DNA of 32,000 nucleotides. It comes from Kineococcus radiotolerans SRS30216 = ATCC BAA-149 (lineage in GTDB: Bacteria; Actinomycetota; Actinomycetes; Actinomycetales; Kineococcaceae). Positions 1 through 7,074 of this stretch are shown here, piece after piece. Position 1 is the first letter of the stretch; the number at the start of each line of letters is the position of its first letter. The stretch covers positions 2,850,001-2,882,000 of the forward strand of contig NC_009664.2 of assembly GCF_000017305.1 (NCBI RefSeq). Reading direction: 5' to 3'. Under the pieces are notes generated by a model that was not told where the DNA came from, did not search any database, and saw only the letters and a program-made list of their open reading frames with translations. The translations under genes were made by a program, and so were the position numbers.

Positions 1-473
1 CCGCCCCGGCCGGCAGCGACGGGCTGGTCCTGGTGCCGTACCTGGAGGGGGAGCGCACCCCGGTCCGCCCTGACGCCACCGGGGCCCTGCACGGGCTCAC
101 CCTGTCCACCTCCACCCCCGCCCACGTGGCCCGCGCCACCGTCGAGGGGCTGCTGTGCGGGCTGGCCGACGGCCTGGACGCCCTCGTCGCCCAGGGCGTC
201 GAGATCGGCCGGGTCGTGCTCGTCGGCGGCGGCGCGCGCTCGGAGGCCGTGCGCCGCCTGGCACCGGCCGTCCTGGCCCGCCCGGTCGTCGTCCCCGAAC
301 CGGGGGAGTACGTCGCCGACGGCGCGGCCCGGCAGGCCGCCTGGGTGCTCACCGGCGGCGAGGCCCCGCCGGACTGGACCCTCGGCGCGTCGCGGACCTT
401 CGAGGCCGACCCGACCCCGCACGTGCGGGAGCGCTACGCGCAGGTGCGCGACCTCACCGCGAACCGCCTCTGA
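1..473 (+). CDS. xylB: xylulokinase (FGGY carbohydrate kinase family), C-terminal part; 5' end outside window
   Basis: Frame is open to the window edge, stop TGA 471-473. The translation [23 protein letters not shown]...[17 protein letters not shown]...[21 protein letters not shown]...[15 protein letters not shown] is the conserved FGGY C-terminal domain of actinobacterial XylB. Confidence 0.8.
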   Translation, partial: APAGSDGLVLVPYLEGERTPVRPDATGALHGLTLSTSTPAHVARATVEGLLCGLADGLDALVAQGVEIGRVVLVGGGARSEAVRRLAPAVLARPVVVPEPGEYVADGAARQAAWVLTGGEAPPDWTLGASRTFEADPTPHVRERYAQVRDLTANRL

Positions 474-1257
474 GGGTGCGGTGGGCGTGCGCCTCGGCCA
501 GCACGGCGTCGCGGGTGAGGGAGGGGTCGTCGGCCACCCAGCCCACCGAGAGGCCGACGTGGACGCCCGCCTGCACGGCGCCGACGCTGCGCCGCAACCG
601 CTCGGCGAGGGCCTGCACGTGCGTGGCGGGCACCGCCTCGACGAGGACCACGAACTCGCCCCCGCCCAGGCGGGCCACGGTGTCACCGGCCCGGACCTCC
701 GCGGCCAGCCGCCGGGCGACCTCCACCAGGACCGCGTCACCGGCTCCCCCGGGGCCCTCGACGCCGCACCGCAGGACGAACGTGCGCAGGGCGGGGTCGG
801 CCCGGGCCCGGGTCCGGGAGCGCTCCCAGCGGCCCTCCAGCGCCGTGCGGTCGAGCGGCCCCGCCGGGGCGTCGCGCCCGTCGCGGGGGCCGGGCGCGCG
901 CTCGCCGGCGAGGCGGTGGGAGACGTCCCAGGCCGCGACCACGAGGTGGTTCCCGCCCCGGGTGCGGGCGAGGACCTCCAGGCGCACCTCCGGGCGCGCC
1001 GCGGGCCGCAGCCGCAGCGGCCCGGGACGTTCCCCCGGACGGCGCAGCGCGGCGGCCAGCGCCGCCCGCGCCCGCTCCCGGTCCGCGGCGAGCACGAGGT
1101 CGAGGGCGTCGGTGCCGACCAGCGCCGACGGGTCGGCCAGGACGAGCTCCCCCAGCCCCGGCGAGGCCCACTGCACGCTCGTCCCCGACAGCAGCGCGGT
1201 GGCGGGGGCCGCGGCGGCCAGGGCCCGCCAGTCCGGGCTGGCTCCCCGCGGGGTCAC
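454..1257 (-). CDS. PAS-like / degenerate GGDEF-domain protein (GGGEF, RxxD I-site retained); probably not an active diguanylate cyclase
   Basis: The C-terminal part aligns to the GGDEF fold ([20 protein letters not shown]...GLSVGWV). ORF 454..1821 runs through three tRNA genes, so the start is trimmed to GTG 1257-1255. That start overlaps the stop of the upstream ORF as GTGA. GC3 is very high in this frame. Confidence 0.7.
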   Translation of the reverse strand: MTPRGASPDWRALAAAAPATALLSGTSVQWASPGLGELVLADPSALVGTDALDLVLAADRERARAALAAALRRPGERPGPLRLRPAARPEVRLEVLARTRGGNHLVVAAWDVSHRLAGERAPGPRDGRDAPAGPLDRTALEGRWERSRTRARADPALRTFVLRCGVEGPGGAGDAVLVEVARRLAAEVRAGDTVARLGGGEFVVLVEAVPATHVQALAERLRRSVGAVQAGVHVGLSVGWVADDPSLTRDAVLAEAHAHRTLRGGSR

Positions 1258-1574
1258 GCCCGTGCGCTGCCGGCCCGTCGCGCGAGGCCGTCGCCGATCC
1301 CGGCCAGGACGGCCGCGGCCGCGGTGGTCGTCAGCACCGCCGGCCAGGGGCCGAGGCGCCGCGACAGCGGGTGCGAGAGACCCACCAGGCCGACGGTGCC
1401 CGCGGCGAGGGCGGCGGCGAGGGCGGGGGAGCCCCCCGCCCAGCGGGGGAGGGCGGCGCCCAGGCCCGCGGCGAGGGCGACCCCGGCGAGCTTCCGGTTG
1501 CCCGTCCGGCGCCCGATCGCGTACCCCCCGAGGACCGCGGGAGCGATGAGGACGGGGCTCGGGATCGCAGGCAC
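1254..1574 (-). CDS. small hydrophobic membrane protein (about 3 TM segments), function unknown
   Basis: 106-aa ORF, GTG start 1574-1572, nearly all codons end in G/C. Gly/Ala/Leu-rich hydrophobic stretches (VLIAPAVLGGYAIG, AGVALAAGLGAAL, AAGTVGLVGL, AVLTTTAAAAVLAGIG). The stop overlaps the GTG of the GGDEF-like gene. No Shine-Dalgarno sequence seen upstream. Confidence 0.5.
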   Translation of the reverse strand: MPAIPSPVLIAPAVLGGYAIGRRTGNRKLAGVALAAGLGAALPRWAGGSPALAAALAAGTVGLVGLSHPLSRRLGPWPAVLTTTAAAAVLAGIGDGLARRAGSARA

Positions 1575-1607
1575 GGCAGGAGGTTAGCTCCCCGAGCTGG
1601 GAACGAC

Positions 1608-1639
1608 GAAGGCCCCGGCGCCAGGGCGCCGGGGCCTTC
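1608..1639 (-). terminator. intrinsic terminator-like hairpin downstream of the tRNA cluster
   Basis: Perfect 15-nt arms GAAGGCCCCGGCGCC / GGCGCCGGGGCCTTC separated by 2 nt, so the effective stem is about 13 bp. It starts 20 nt after the tRNA-Phe 3' end and is followed on the minus strand by GTCGTTCCC. Confidence 0.6.
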
Positions 1640-1658
1640 GATCGAGCTTCGTTCCAGG

Positions 1659-1731
1659 TGGCCAGGAGCGGGGTCGAACCGCTGACCTTCCGATTTTCAG
1701 TCGGACGCTCTACCAACTGAGCTACCTGGCC
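1659..1731 (-). tRNA. tRNA-Phe (anticodon GAA)
   Basis: Reverse complement GGCCAGGTAGCTCAGTTGGTAGAGCGTCCGACTGAAAATCGGAAGGTCAGCGGTTCGACCCCGCTCCTGGCCA folds as a cloverleaf. It has a 7-bp acceptor stem, anticodon loop CT-GAA-AA and a GGTTCGA T-loop. CCA is not encoded. Confidence 0.95.
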
Positions 1732-1762
1732 GTGCCGGGCCGGGTGAAACCGGCACGACGAG

Positions 1763-1836
1763 CGACCCCGACGGGACTCGAACCCGCGACCTCCGCCGTG
1801 ACAGGGCGGCGCGCTAACCAACTGCGCTACGGGGCC
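1763..1836 (-). tRNA. tRNA-Asp (anticodon GTC)
   Basis: Reverse complement GGCCCCGTAGCGCAGTTGGTTAGCGCGCCGCCCTGTCACGGCGGAGGTCGCGGGTTCGAGTCCCGTCGGGGTCG. Anticodon stem CCGCC/GGCGG with loop CT-GTC-AC, T-loop GGTTCGA. Confidence 0.95.
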
Positions 1837-1937
1837 TCAGAGAGGCCTTTTCTTGCTGGCCTTGCGTGCTTGCAGAGAAGACCTTACCCGATGTCGGCGG
1901 TGGTCGTGACCACCTCCGGACCAGCCGGTCCACCGCG

Positions 1938-2010
1938 TACCCCCAACGGGATTCGAACCCGTGCTACCGCCTTGAAAGGGCGGCGTCCTAGGCCACTAAA
2001 CGATGGGGGC
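1938..2010 (-). tRNA. tRNA-Glu (anticodon TTC)
   Basis: Reverse complement GCCCCCATCGTTTAGTGGCCTAGGACGCCGCCCTTTCAAGGCGGTAGCACGGGTTCGAATCCCGTTGGGGGTA. Anticodon loop CT-TTC-AA, with the G1-U72 pair seen in bacterial tRNA-Glu. Confidence 0.95.
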
Positions 2011-2052
2011 GTGGCACCCGGGCACCGCCGAGGCGGGTCCCGAAGCCCGACC

Positions 2053-2058
2053 AGCATA
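2053..2058 (-). promoter_or_regulatory. candidate -10 hexamer (TATGCT) for the tRNA Glu-Asp-Phe transcription unit
   Basis: The minus strand reads ...TCGGCA-N18-TATGCT about 43 nt upstream of the tRNA-Glu 5' end. It fits the actinobacterial TANNNT -10. The -35 element is weak. Confidence 0.3.
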
Positions 2059-2068
2059 GAGGACGCCG

Positions 2069-3214
2069 GTGCGTGGTGCCGACGCTGCCGCGGCCGAGGC
2101 GATGGGGCAGAGTGGTCCCCTCGTCGCACCCGCGAGACCGGAGGTGGCCGTGGACCCCGTGCAGGCGTTGCGGCGCACCGCGTTCCTGCTCGAGCGCGAG
2201 CGGGCCAGCAGCTTCCGCGTCGAGGCCTTCCGCGGGGCCGCCGCCGTCCTGCTCGCCCTGGACGCCGAGGAGCTCGGCGCCCGCCTGCGCGCCGGGACCC
2301 TCACGGACCTGAAGGGCATCGGCAAGTCCTCCGCCGAGCTGGTCCAGCAGGCCGCCGCCGGCCGCGTCCCCGACCGCCTCGCCGCGCTCGAGGCCGCCGC
2401 CGGGCCCCTCGTCGAGGGCGGGGAGGAGTTGCGCGCCCTCCTGCGCGGGGACCTGCACACCCACACCGACGCCAGCGACGGCGGCAGCCCGCTGGCCGAG
2501 ATGGCCGCCACCGCCGCCGAGCTCGGCCACGAGTACCTCGCCGTCACCGACCACTCCGAGGGGCTGAAGGTCGCCCACGGCCTCGACCGCGCCCGCCGGG
2601 AGGCGCAGCTCGACCAGATCGCGGCGCTCGCGGCCCCCCTCGCCCCCTTCCGGCTGCTGTCCGGCATCGAGGTCGACATCGGCCGCGACGGCGTCCTGGA
2701 CTGCCCGCCCGACCTGCTCGACCGCCTCGACGTCGTCGTCGCCTCGGTGCACTCGCAGCTGCGGATGCCGCGCGAGGCCATGACGCAGCGGATGCTCACC
2801 GCGATCCGGTCCGGGCGGGCCGACGTGCTGGGCCACTGCACCGGGCGGATGGTCGAGGGCGGCCACGGCCGGGTCGGCGCGGGGGGACGCCCGCCGAGCG
2901 ACTTCGACGCCGACGCCGTGTTCGCGGCCTGCGTCGAGTTCGACGTCGCCGTCGAGATCAACGCCCGCCCCGAGCGCCTCGACCCGCCCCGGGCGCTGCT
3001 GCGCCGGGCGGTGGCGGCGGGGTGCCTGTTCACCCTGTCCACCGACGCCCACGCCCCCGGGCAGCTCGACTGGCAGCCCTACGGCTGCGCCCGGGCGCAG
3101 GAGTGCGGGGTGCCCGCTGAGCGGATCGTCACGACGTGGCCGGCGGAACGGGTGCTGGAGTGGACGGCTCAGCGCCGCTCGGCCCACCGCCCGGCCCGCC
3201 CTGCCCCCGGGTGA
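2069..3214 (+). CDS. PHP (polymerase/histidinol-phosphatase) domain protein with an N-terminal helix-hairpin-helix region (PolX-related, no polymerase core)
   Basis: GTG 2069 is preceded by AGAGGA and a 5-nt spacer. Motifs: LKGIGKSSAELV (HhH); GDLHTHTDASDG (HxH metal site); LAVTDHS; GIEVDI; VASVHS; LSTDAH. Confidence 0.8.
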   Translation: MRGADAAAAEAMGQSGPLVAPARPEVAVDPVQALRRTAFLLERERASSFRVEAFRGAAAVLLALDAEELGARLRAGTLTDLKGIGKSSAELVQQAAAGRVPDRLAALEAAAGPLVEGGEELRALLRGDLHTHTDASDGGSPLAEMAATAAELGHEYLAVTDHSEGLKVAHGLDRARREAQLDQIAALAAPLAPFRLLSGIEVDIGRDGVLDCPPDLLDRLDVVVASVHSQLRMPREAMTQRMLTAIRSGRADVLGHCTGRMVEGGHGRVGAGGRPPSDFDADAVFAACVEFDVAVEINARPERLDPPRALLRRAVAAGCLFTLSTDAHAPGQLDWQPYGCARAQECGVPAERIVTTWPAERVLEWTAQRRSAHRPARPAPG

Positions 3215-4109
3215 CGCGCAGGAACTCCAGCTTCTCCGCGTCCACCGACCCCGCCGCGACGGTGTAGACGACGAGGCGGACGTCCGAACCCGGCACGGTG
3301 AGGACGTCGCAGTCGCAGGTGACGTCCCCGACGTCGGGGTGCTCGATCGTCTTGCGGGAGGAGACGTGCCGCCCCACCGTCCCCTCCCGGCACAGCCGGG
3401 CGAACTCCGGGCTCGTGCGCGTCAGCTCCTCGGTCAGCGCGACCAGGCCCGCGTCGCGCGGGTAGTCGACCAGGGCCGAGCGCAGGTCCGCGACGAGCGC
3501 CGCGGGCAGCCCGGCGTCCGCGTTCCGCACCGGCCAGCGCGCCAGGTCACCGCCCTCCGGGGAGAAGACCGCCCGGATGAGGTTGCGCCGCCCGGGGGAC
3601 AGCCCGCTCGGGTCGCCGATGAGGGCCGTCCACGCCGGGTTCCACGTCAGCAGCGTCCAGTCCGCGCCGAACACCCCGACGGGGAAGTCCCCGAGCCGGG
3701 CCAGCACCCGCTGCACACCCGCGGGCACCAGGTGGGACACCACCCCGTCCGCCGGCGGCAGCAGGCCCGCCAGGCGGTAGGCGTGGTCGCGCTCGACCGT
3801 GCTGAGCTGCAGCGCCCGGGCCAGCGTCGCGACGACCTGCGCCGACGGGTTCGTCGCCCGGCCCTGCTCCAGCCGCACGACGTAGTCCACCGACAGCCCC
3901 GCGAGGTCGGCCAGCTCCTCCCGCCGCAGGCCCGCCGCCCGCCGCCGCACCCGGGCGGGCAGCCCGACGTCGGCGGGGGACAGCCGGTCGCGCCAGCGCC
4001 GCAGGGCCGTGCCGAGGTTCTCGCCTTCCACCCCACCATCGTGCCCCGGCGCGGGCGCGAACCCCAGGGCCCAGCCTGGTACTGCCCGTCCCCCCGTCGC
4101 GGCGGGCAC
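3129..4109 (-). CDS. MmyB-like helix-turn-helix transcriptional regulator (XRE-type HTH plus MmyB-like C-terminal domain)
   Basis: LRREELADLAGLSVDYVVRLEQGRATNPSAQVV is an XRE HTH. It is followed by ...NLIRAVF...VADLRSAL..YP.D..L..L..EL...S.EF..LW-like MmyB-type C-terminal features. GTG 4109 has GGGGAGG 7 nt upstream. An alternative GTG at 4031 lacks a spaced SD. The 3' end overlaps the PHP gene by 86 nt. Confidence 0.85.
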   Translation of the reverse strand: MPAATGGRAVPGWALGFAPAPGHDGGVEGENLGTALRRWRDRLSPADVGLPARVRRRAAGLRREELADLAGLSVDYVVRLEQGRATNPSAQVVATLARALQLSTVERDHAYRLAGLLPPADGVVSHLVPAGVQRVLARLGDFPVGVFGADWTLLTWNPAWTALIGDPSGLSPGRRNLIRAVFSPEGGDLARWPVRNADAGLPAALVADLRSALVDYPRDAGLVALTEELTRTSPEFARLCREGTVGRHVSSRKTIEHPDVGDVTCDCDVLTVPGSDVRLVVYTVAAGSVDAEKLEFLRVTRGQGGPGGGPSGAEPSTPAPVPPATS

Positions 4110-4144
4110 TGGCTGGCCTCCCCGCCGCGGGTCAGGGTGGGCCC

Positions 4145-4840
4145 ATGACCACCACGTTCATCACCGGAGCCAACAAGTCCCTCGGCTACGAGACCGCCCG
4201 CCGCCTCGTCGAGGCCGGGCACACCGTCCTCCTCGGCGCCCGCGACCCCGGCCGCGGCCGCGCCGCCGCCGACGCCCTCGGCGTCCGGTTCGTCCAGATC
4301 GACGTCACCGACGACGCCTCCGTCGAGGCCGCCGCCGCCGACGTCGCCGCGCACGAGGGGGCGATCGACGTCCTCGTCAACAACGCCGGCGTCGTCGGGC
4401 CGCACGCGGCGGCCGACGAGCTCACCGCCGCCGACGCGCTCGCCGTCTACGACGTCAACGTCTTCGGGGTCGTGCGGGTGACCCGCGCGTTCCTGCCGCT
4501 GCTGCGGAAGTCCGCGAACCCCGTCGTGGTCAACGTGACCAGCGGGATGGGGTCCTTCGCGGCGACCCACGACCCGGACCGCGTCGAGTCGACGTTCGCC
4601 GCCCCGCTCTACACCTCCTCCAAGGCGGCGCTGACGATGCTCACGACCCAGTACGCCAAGGCGCTGCCCGACGTGAAGTTCAACGCCGTCGACCCCGGTT
4701 ACACCGCGACGGACTTCAACGGCCACTCCGGTCCGCAGACCGTCACCGAGGGGACCGACGCGATCGTGGAGCTGGCCACGATCGGCGCCGACGGCCCCAC
4801 GGGGCAGTTCCGCGACCGCCACGGGGTCGTCGCCTGGTGA
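4145..4840 (+). CDS. SDR family NAD(P)-dependent oxidoreductase
   Basis: ITGANKSLGYETARRL (TGxxxxxG), NNAG, and catalytic YTSSKAAL (YxxxK). 231 aa, ATG start, divergent from the MmyB-like regulator. Confidence 0.9.
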   Translation: MTTTFITGANKSLGYETARRLVEAGHTVLLGARDPGRGRAAADALGVRFVQIDVTDDASVEAAAADVAAHEGAIDVLVNNAGVVGPHAAADELTAADALAVYDVNVFGVVRVTRAFLPLLRKSANPVVVNVTSGMGSFAATHDPDRVESTFAAPLYTSSKAALTMLTTQYAKALPDVKFNAVDPGYTATDFNGHSGPQTVTEGTDAIVELATIGADGPTGQFRDRHGVVAW

Positions 4841-4844
4841 CGCC

Positions 4845-6035
4845 TCAGGCCCCGTCGGTGCGGCGCCGGGCCGCGTAGGCGTCGAGCTCGGCGTGGACCC
4901 GCTCGACGTCCCACCCCTCGTCCAGGGCCCGGCGCAGCAGCTCGGTCTGCGACAGCGGGGTGAGCCCGTCGACGTTGGGGTCGCGGTCGAGGTTGGTGGG
5001 GAACGGGTACCCGTCGGTGGCGGCGGTGACGGCGTGGGCGAGGAGCTCGGGGTCCAGGCCCCCGGCCCACCGGGCGGCCAGGGCGGGGTGGACCGCCTTG
5101 GCCGTCCGGACCCGGTCCACGGTCTCCATCGCCCGCCCGAAGGCGGAGGACACCTGCAGCAGGTTCGCGACGCGCTGCACGTCGGCGGAGACGTTGGACC
5201 CGGCGCCGTGGAAGAGGGCGGGGTTGAAGAAGGCCGCGTCGCCCTTGGCCAGCGGCAGCTGCACGCGGTGCTCGGCGAAGTAGGCCCGGAACTCCGGCCG
5301 CCGCCAGGCCAGGTAGCCCTGCGGGTAGCGGTGGGAGTGCGGCAGGTACAGCGTCGGCCCGCTCTCCACGGGCATGTCGCTGTGCGCCACGGCCCCCTGC
5401 AGGGTCAGGACGGGGGAGAGCAGGTGCACGTGGGCGGGGTAGCGGGCCGCGACGGGGTCGGACAGGAAGCCCAGGTGGTAGTCGCGGTGGGGGTCCTGGG
5501 CCTTCCCGCCCGGTCGGACCACGTTGACCTGGGAGGTGACCTGGTACCCCGGGCCGAGCCACGCGGTGGCGACGAGGGCGAGCACGTCGTTGGCGTAGTA
5601 GTCGACGAACGCCTCCGGGTCCCGCACGGCGAGCTTCTCCAGCGCGTTCCAGACCCGGTCGTTGGCGCCGGCCGCGGCGAAGTGGTCGCCCTTGGCGGTG
5701 CCCGCGGCCCTCTCCTCGGCGATCATCGCCTCGAACGCGGCGGTGACCCGGTCGACGACGTCGAGGTCGGGGAAGGCCCCCCGCACGAGGAGGACGCCGG
5801 GGCCCTCGGTCAGCGCCCGGACGAGCTCCCCCTCCACGGCCTCGCGCCCGGCCTCGTCGGCGACGGCGGCGCGCAGCCGGTCCGCGTCGTAGAGCAGCAC
5901 GCCCTGGGCGACCTCGCGGGCGTGGGGGTAGTCGGCCGGGTCGGTGCGCCGGTCCAGGAGGCGGGCGAACTCCTCCACGTCGCAGTCGCTCTCGCGGAAC
6001 CGGAGGGGGGCGGGGCGGGTGGTGGGGACGCTCAC
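4845..6035 (-). CDS. phytanoyl-CoA dioxygenase (PhyH) family Fe(II)/2-oxoglutarate oxygenase
   Basis: 396 aa. GTG start preceded by GAGGAG and a 6-nt spacer. Facial-triad-like QDPHRDYH (HxD) and distal FHGAGSN. Overall PhyH-like layout. Confidence 0.8.
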   Translation of the reverse strand: MSVPTTRPAPLRFRESDCDVEEFARLLDRRTDPADYPHAREVAQGVLLYDADRLRAAVADEAGREAVEGELVRALTEGPGVLLVRGAFPDLDVVDRVTAAFEAMIAEERAAGTAKGDHFAAAGANDRVWNALEKLAVRDPEAFVDYYANDVLALVATAWLGPGYQVTSQVNVVRPGGKAQDPHRDYHLGFLSDPVAARYPAHVHLLSPVLTLQGAVAHSDMPVESGPTLYLPHSHRYPQGYLAWRRPEFRAYFAEHRVQLPLAKGDAAFFNPALFHGAGSNVSADVQRVANLLQVSSAFGRAMETVDRVRTAKAVHPALAARWAGGLDPELLAHAVTAATDGYPFPTNLDRDPNVDGLTPLSQTELLRRALDEGWDVERVHAELDAYAARRRTDGA

Positions 6036-6234
6036 GGGGTTCTCCTCGTCGAGGCTCGTGGGGACTGGGCTGCTCCGAACCTAGGCCTCCCCGGGCCGCG
6101 CCGCGCCCGCCCCGCCGCGGGGGCGGAGCGCTTCGGGGTGCGATCCGCGGCCCGACGTGCCACGGTCGGAGGACCGTTCAACCGGGGCGCGACCCCTCGA
6201 TCTTCCGGCCCACCGGCCGTGGAAGGACCTCGAC

Positions 6235-6735
6235 GTGGCAACCTCCCGTCCCTCCTCGACCTCCGACGACGTGCGCGCGGTCGCCGGGACCACCGCCGAG
6301 ATCGTCAAGACCCGCGGTGGCCCCGTCCGGCGCCACGCCCAGATCACCGGGTTCTTCCTGACGGGCCTGGGGCTGCTGGGGTTCATCCCGGGCATCACGA
6401 CGAACTACGACGAGATGGGCATCTTCCGCAGCGGCGCGCAGCTCTTCGGCGTCTTCACGGTCTCGCTGCTGAGCTCGACGGCGCTGTTCCTGTACGGGGT
6501 GACCGTCCTGGCCTTCGGGGGCTCGGTGCGCCAGGCGCACAAGAACGTCGTCCTGCACGCCCTGCTCCTCATCGGCATGGGCATCGCGGGCGCCGGCATC
6601 GTCGCGAACTCCCCGAACCCCGTCCTGCCCACCGACGCGGCGAGCAACTGGCTCTACCTCGCGCTCGGGGTGTTCTTCCTCATCGGCGGCACCCTGGCGC
6701 GCAAGAAGGAGATCGAGGAGAACGGCGTCTTCTGA
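6235..6735 (+). CDS. DUF4383-like four-TM membrane protein
   Basis: GTG 6235 is preceded by GGAAGGA (ORF-track start 6157 trimmed). GFFLTGLGLLGFIPGITTNYD...LFGVFTVS...VLHALLLIGMGIAG...NWLYLALGVFFLIGG resembles the DUF4383 pattern. Confidence 0.7.
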   Translation: MATSRPSSTSDDVRAVAGTTAEIVKTRGGPVRRHAQITGFFLTGLGLLGFIPGITTNYDEMGIFRSGAQLFGVFTVSLLSSTALFLYGVTVLAFGGSVRQAHKNVVLHALLLIGMGIAGAGIVANSPNPVLPTDAASNWLYLALGVFFLIGGTLARKKEIEENGVF

Positions 6736-6766
6736 CCCCGACCGGGCGCCCGCCGCGACCCGCCGC

Positions 6767-7036
6767 CTAGGGGGCGGCGGGTCCTTCGCGTCCGGCGGGT
6801 CCCGCGGGGTCGGCGAGCAGCGCGGCCCCGAGGGCGGCGAGCAGGTCGACGACCTCGGCCCGGTCGAGGCGGACGGTCGAGACGCAGGTGCCGCCCTGCC
6901 AGGTCGAGAGCACGACCCGCCCGGCACCGGCGCCGGCCGCGGGGTGCGCGCTGACCCGCAGGGCCCGCCCGGGGCGGTCCGCGTCCCGGACGACCCCGGT
7001 GCGGACGCCCCGCTCCACGGCTGCGTGGTGCTCCAT
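6767..7036 (-). CDS. hypothetical 89-aa protein downstream of lplA
   Basis: An internal ATG (7036-7034) in ORF 6767..7840 begins 38 nt after the lplA stop, on the same strand, with high GC3. The upstream part of that ORF overlaps lplA out of frame and is discarded. No SD or recognisable domain. Confidence 0.45.
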   Translation of the reverse strand: MEHHAAVERGVRTGVVRDADRPGRALRVSAHPAAGAGAGRVVLSTWQGGTCVSTVRLDRAEVVDLLAALGAALLADPAGPAGREGPAAP

Positions 7037-7074
7037 CGACCGAGTCTGCGCCCGCCCGCGGCCGGTGTCGAGGC

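Noticed and set aside
155-1587. Plus-strand ORFs of 464 and 368 aa (155..1549, 481..1587)
   Set aside because: They are extremely Arg/Pro/Gly-rich and overlap xylB out of frame. They are antisense to the GGDEF-like and membrane ORFs. No motifs.
1258-1821. N-terminal extension of the GGDEF-like ORF (ORF-track start 1821)
   Set aside because: The extension reads straight through tRNA-Phe and tRNA-Asp and through the terminator hairpin, so it cannot be coding. The start was moved to GTG 1257.
1659-2010. tRNA cluster as an integration site for a genomic island
   Set aside because: No integrase, excisionase, phage or IS gene lies on either side. I found no direct repeat of a tRNA 3' end downstream within the window.
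1732-3187. ORFs 1732..3120 (+), 1988..3187 (-) and 1996..3042 (-) overlapping the tRNAs and the PHP gene
   Set aside because: These are alternative frames of the PHP-domain gene or the tRNA region. Their composition is Arg/Pro-rich and they have no motifs.
4029-4031. Alternative GTG start for the MmyB-like regulator
   Set aside because: GTG 4109 has a well-spaced GGGGAGG SD, whereas 4031 has only an abutting GGTGGG. It is kept as a possibility but is not the primary call.
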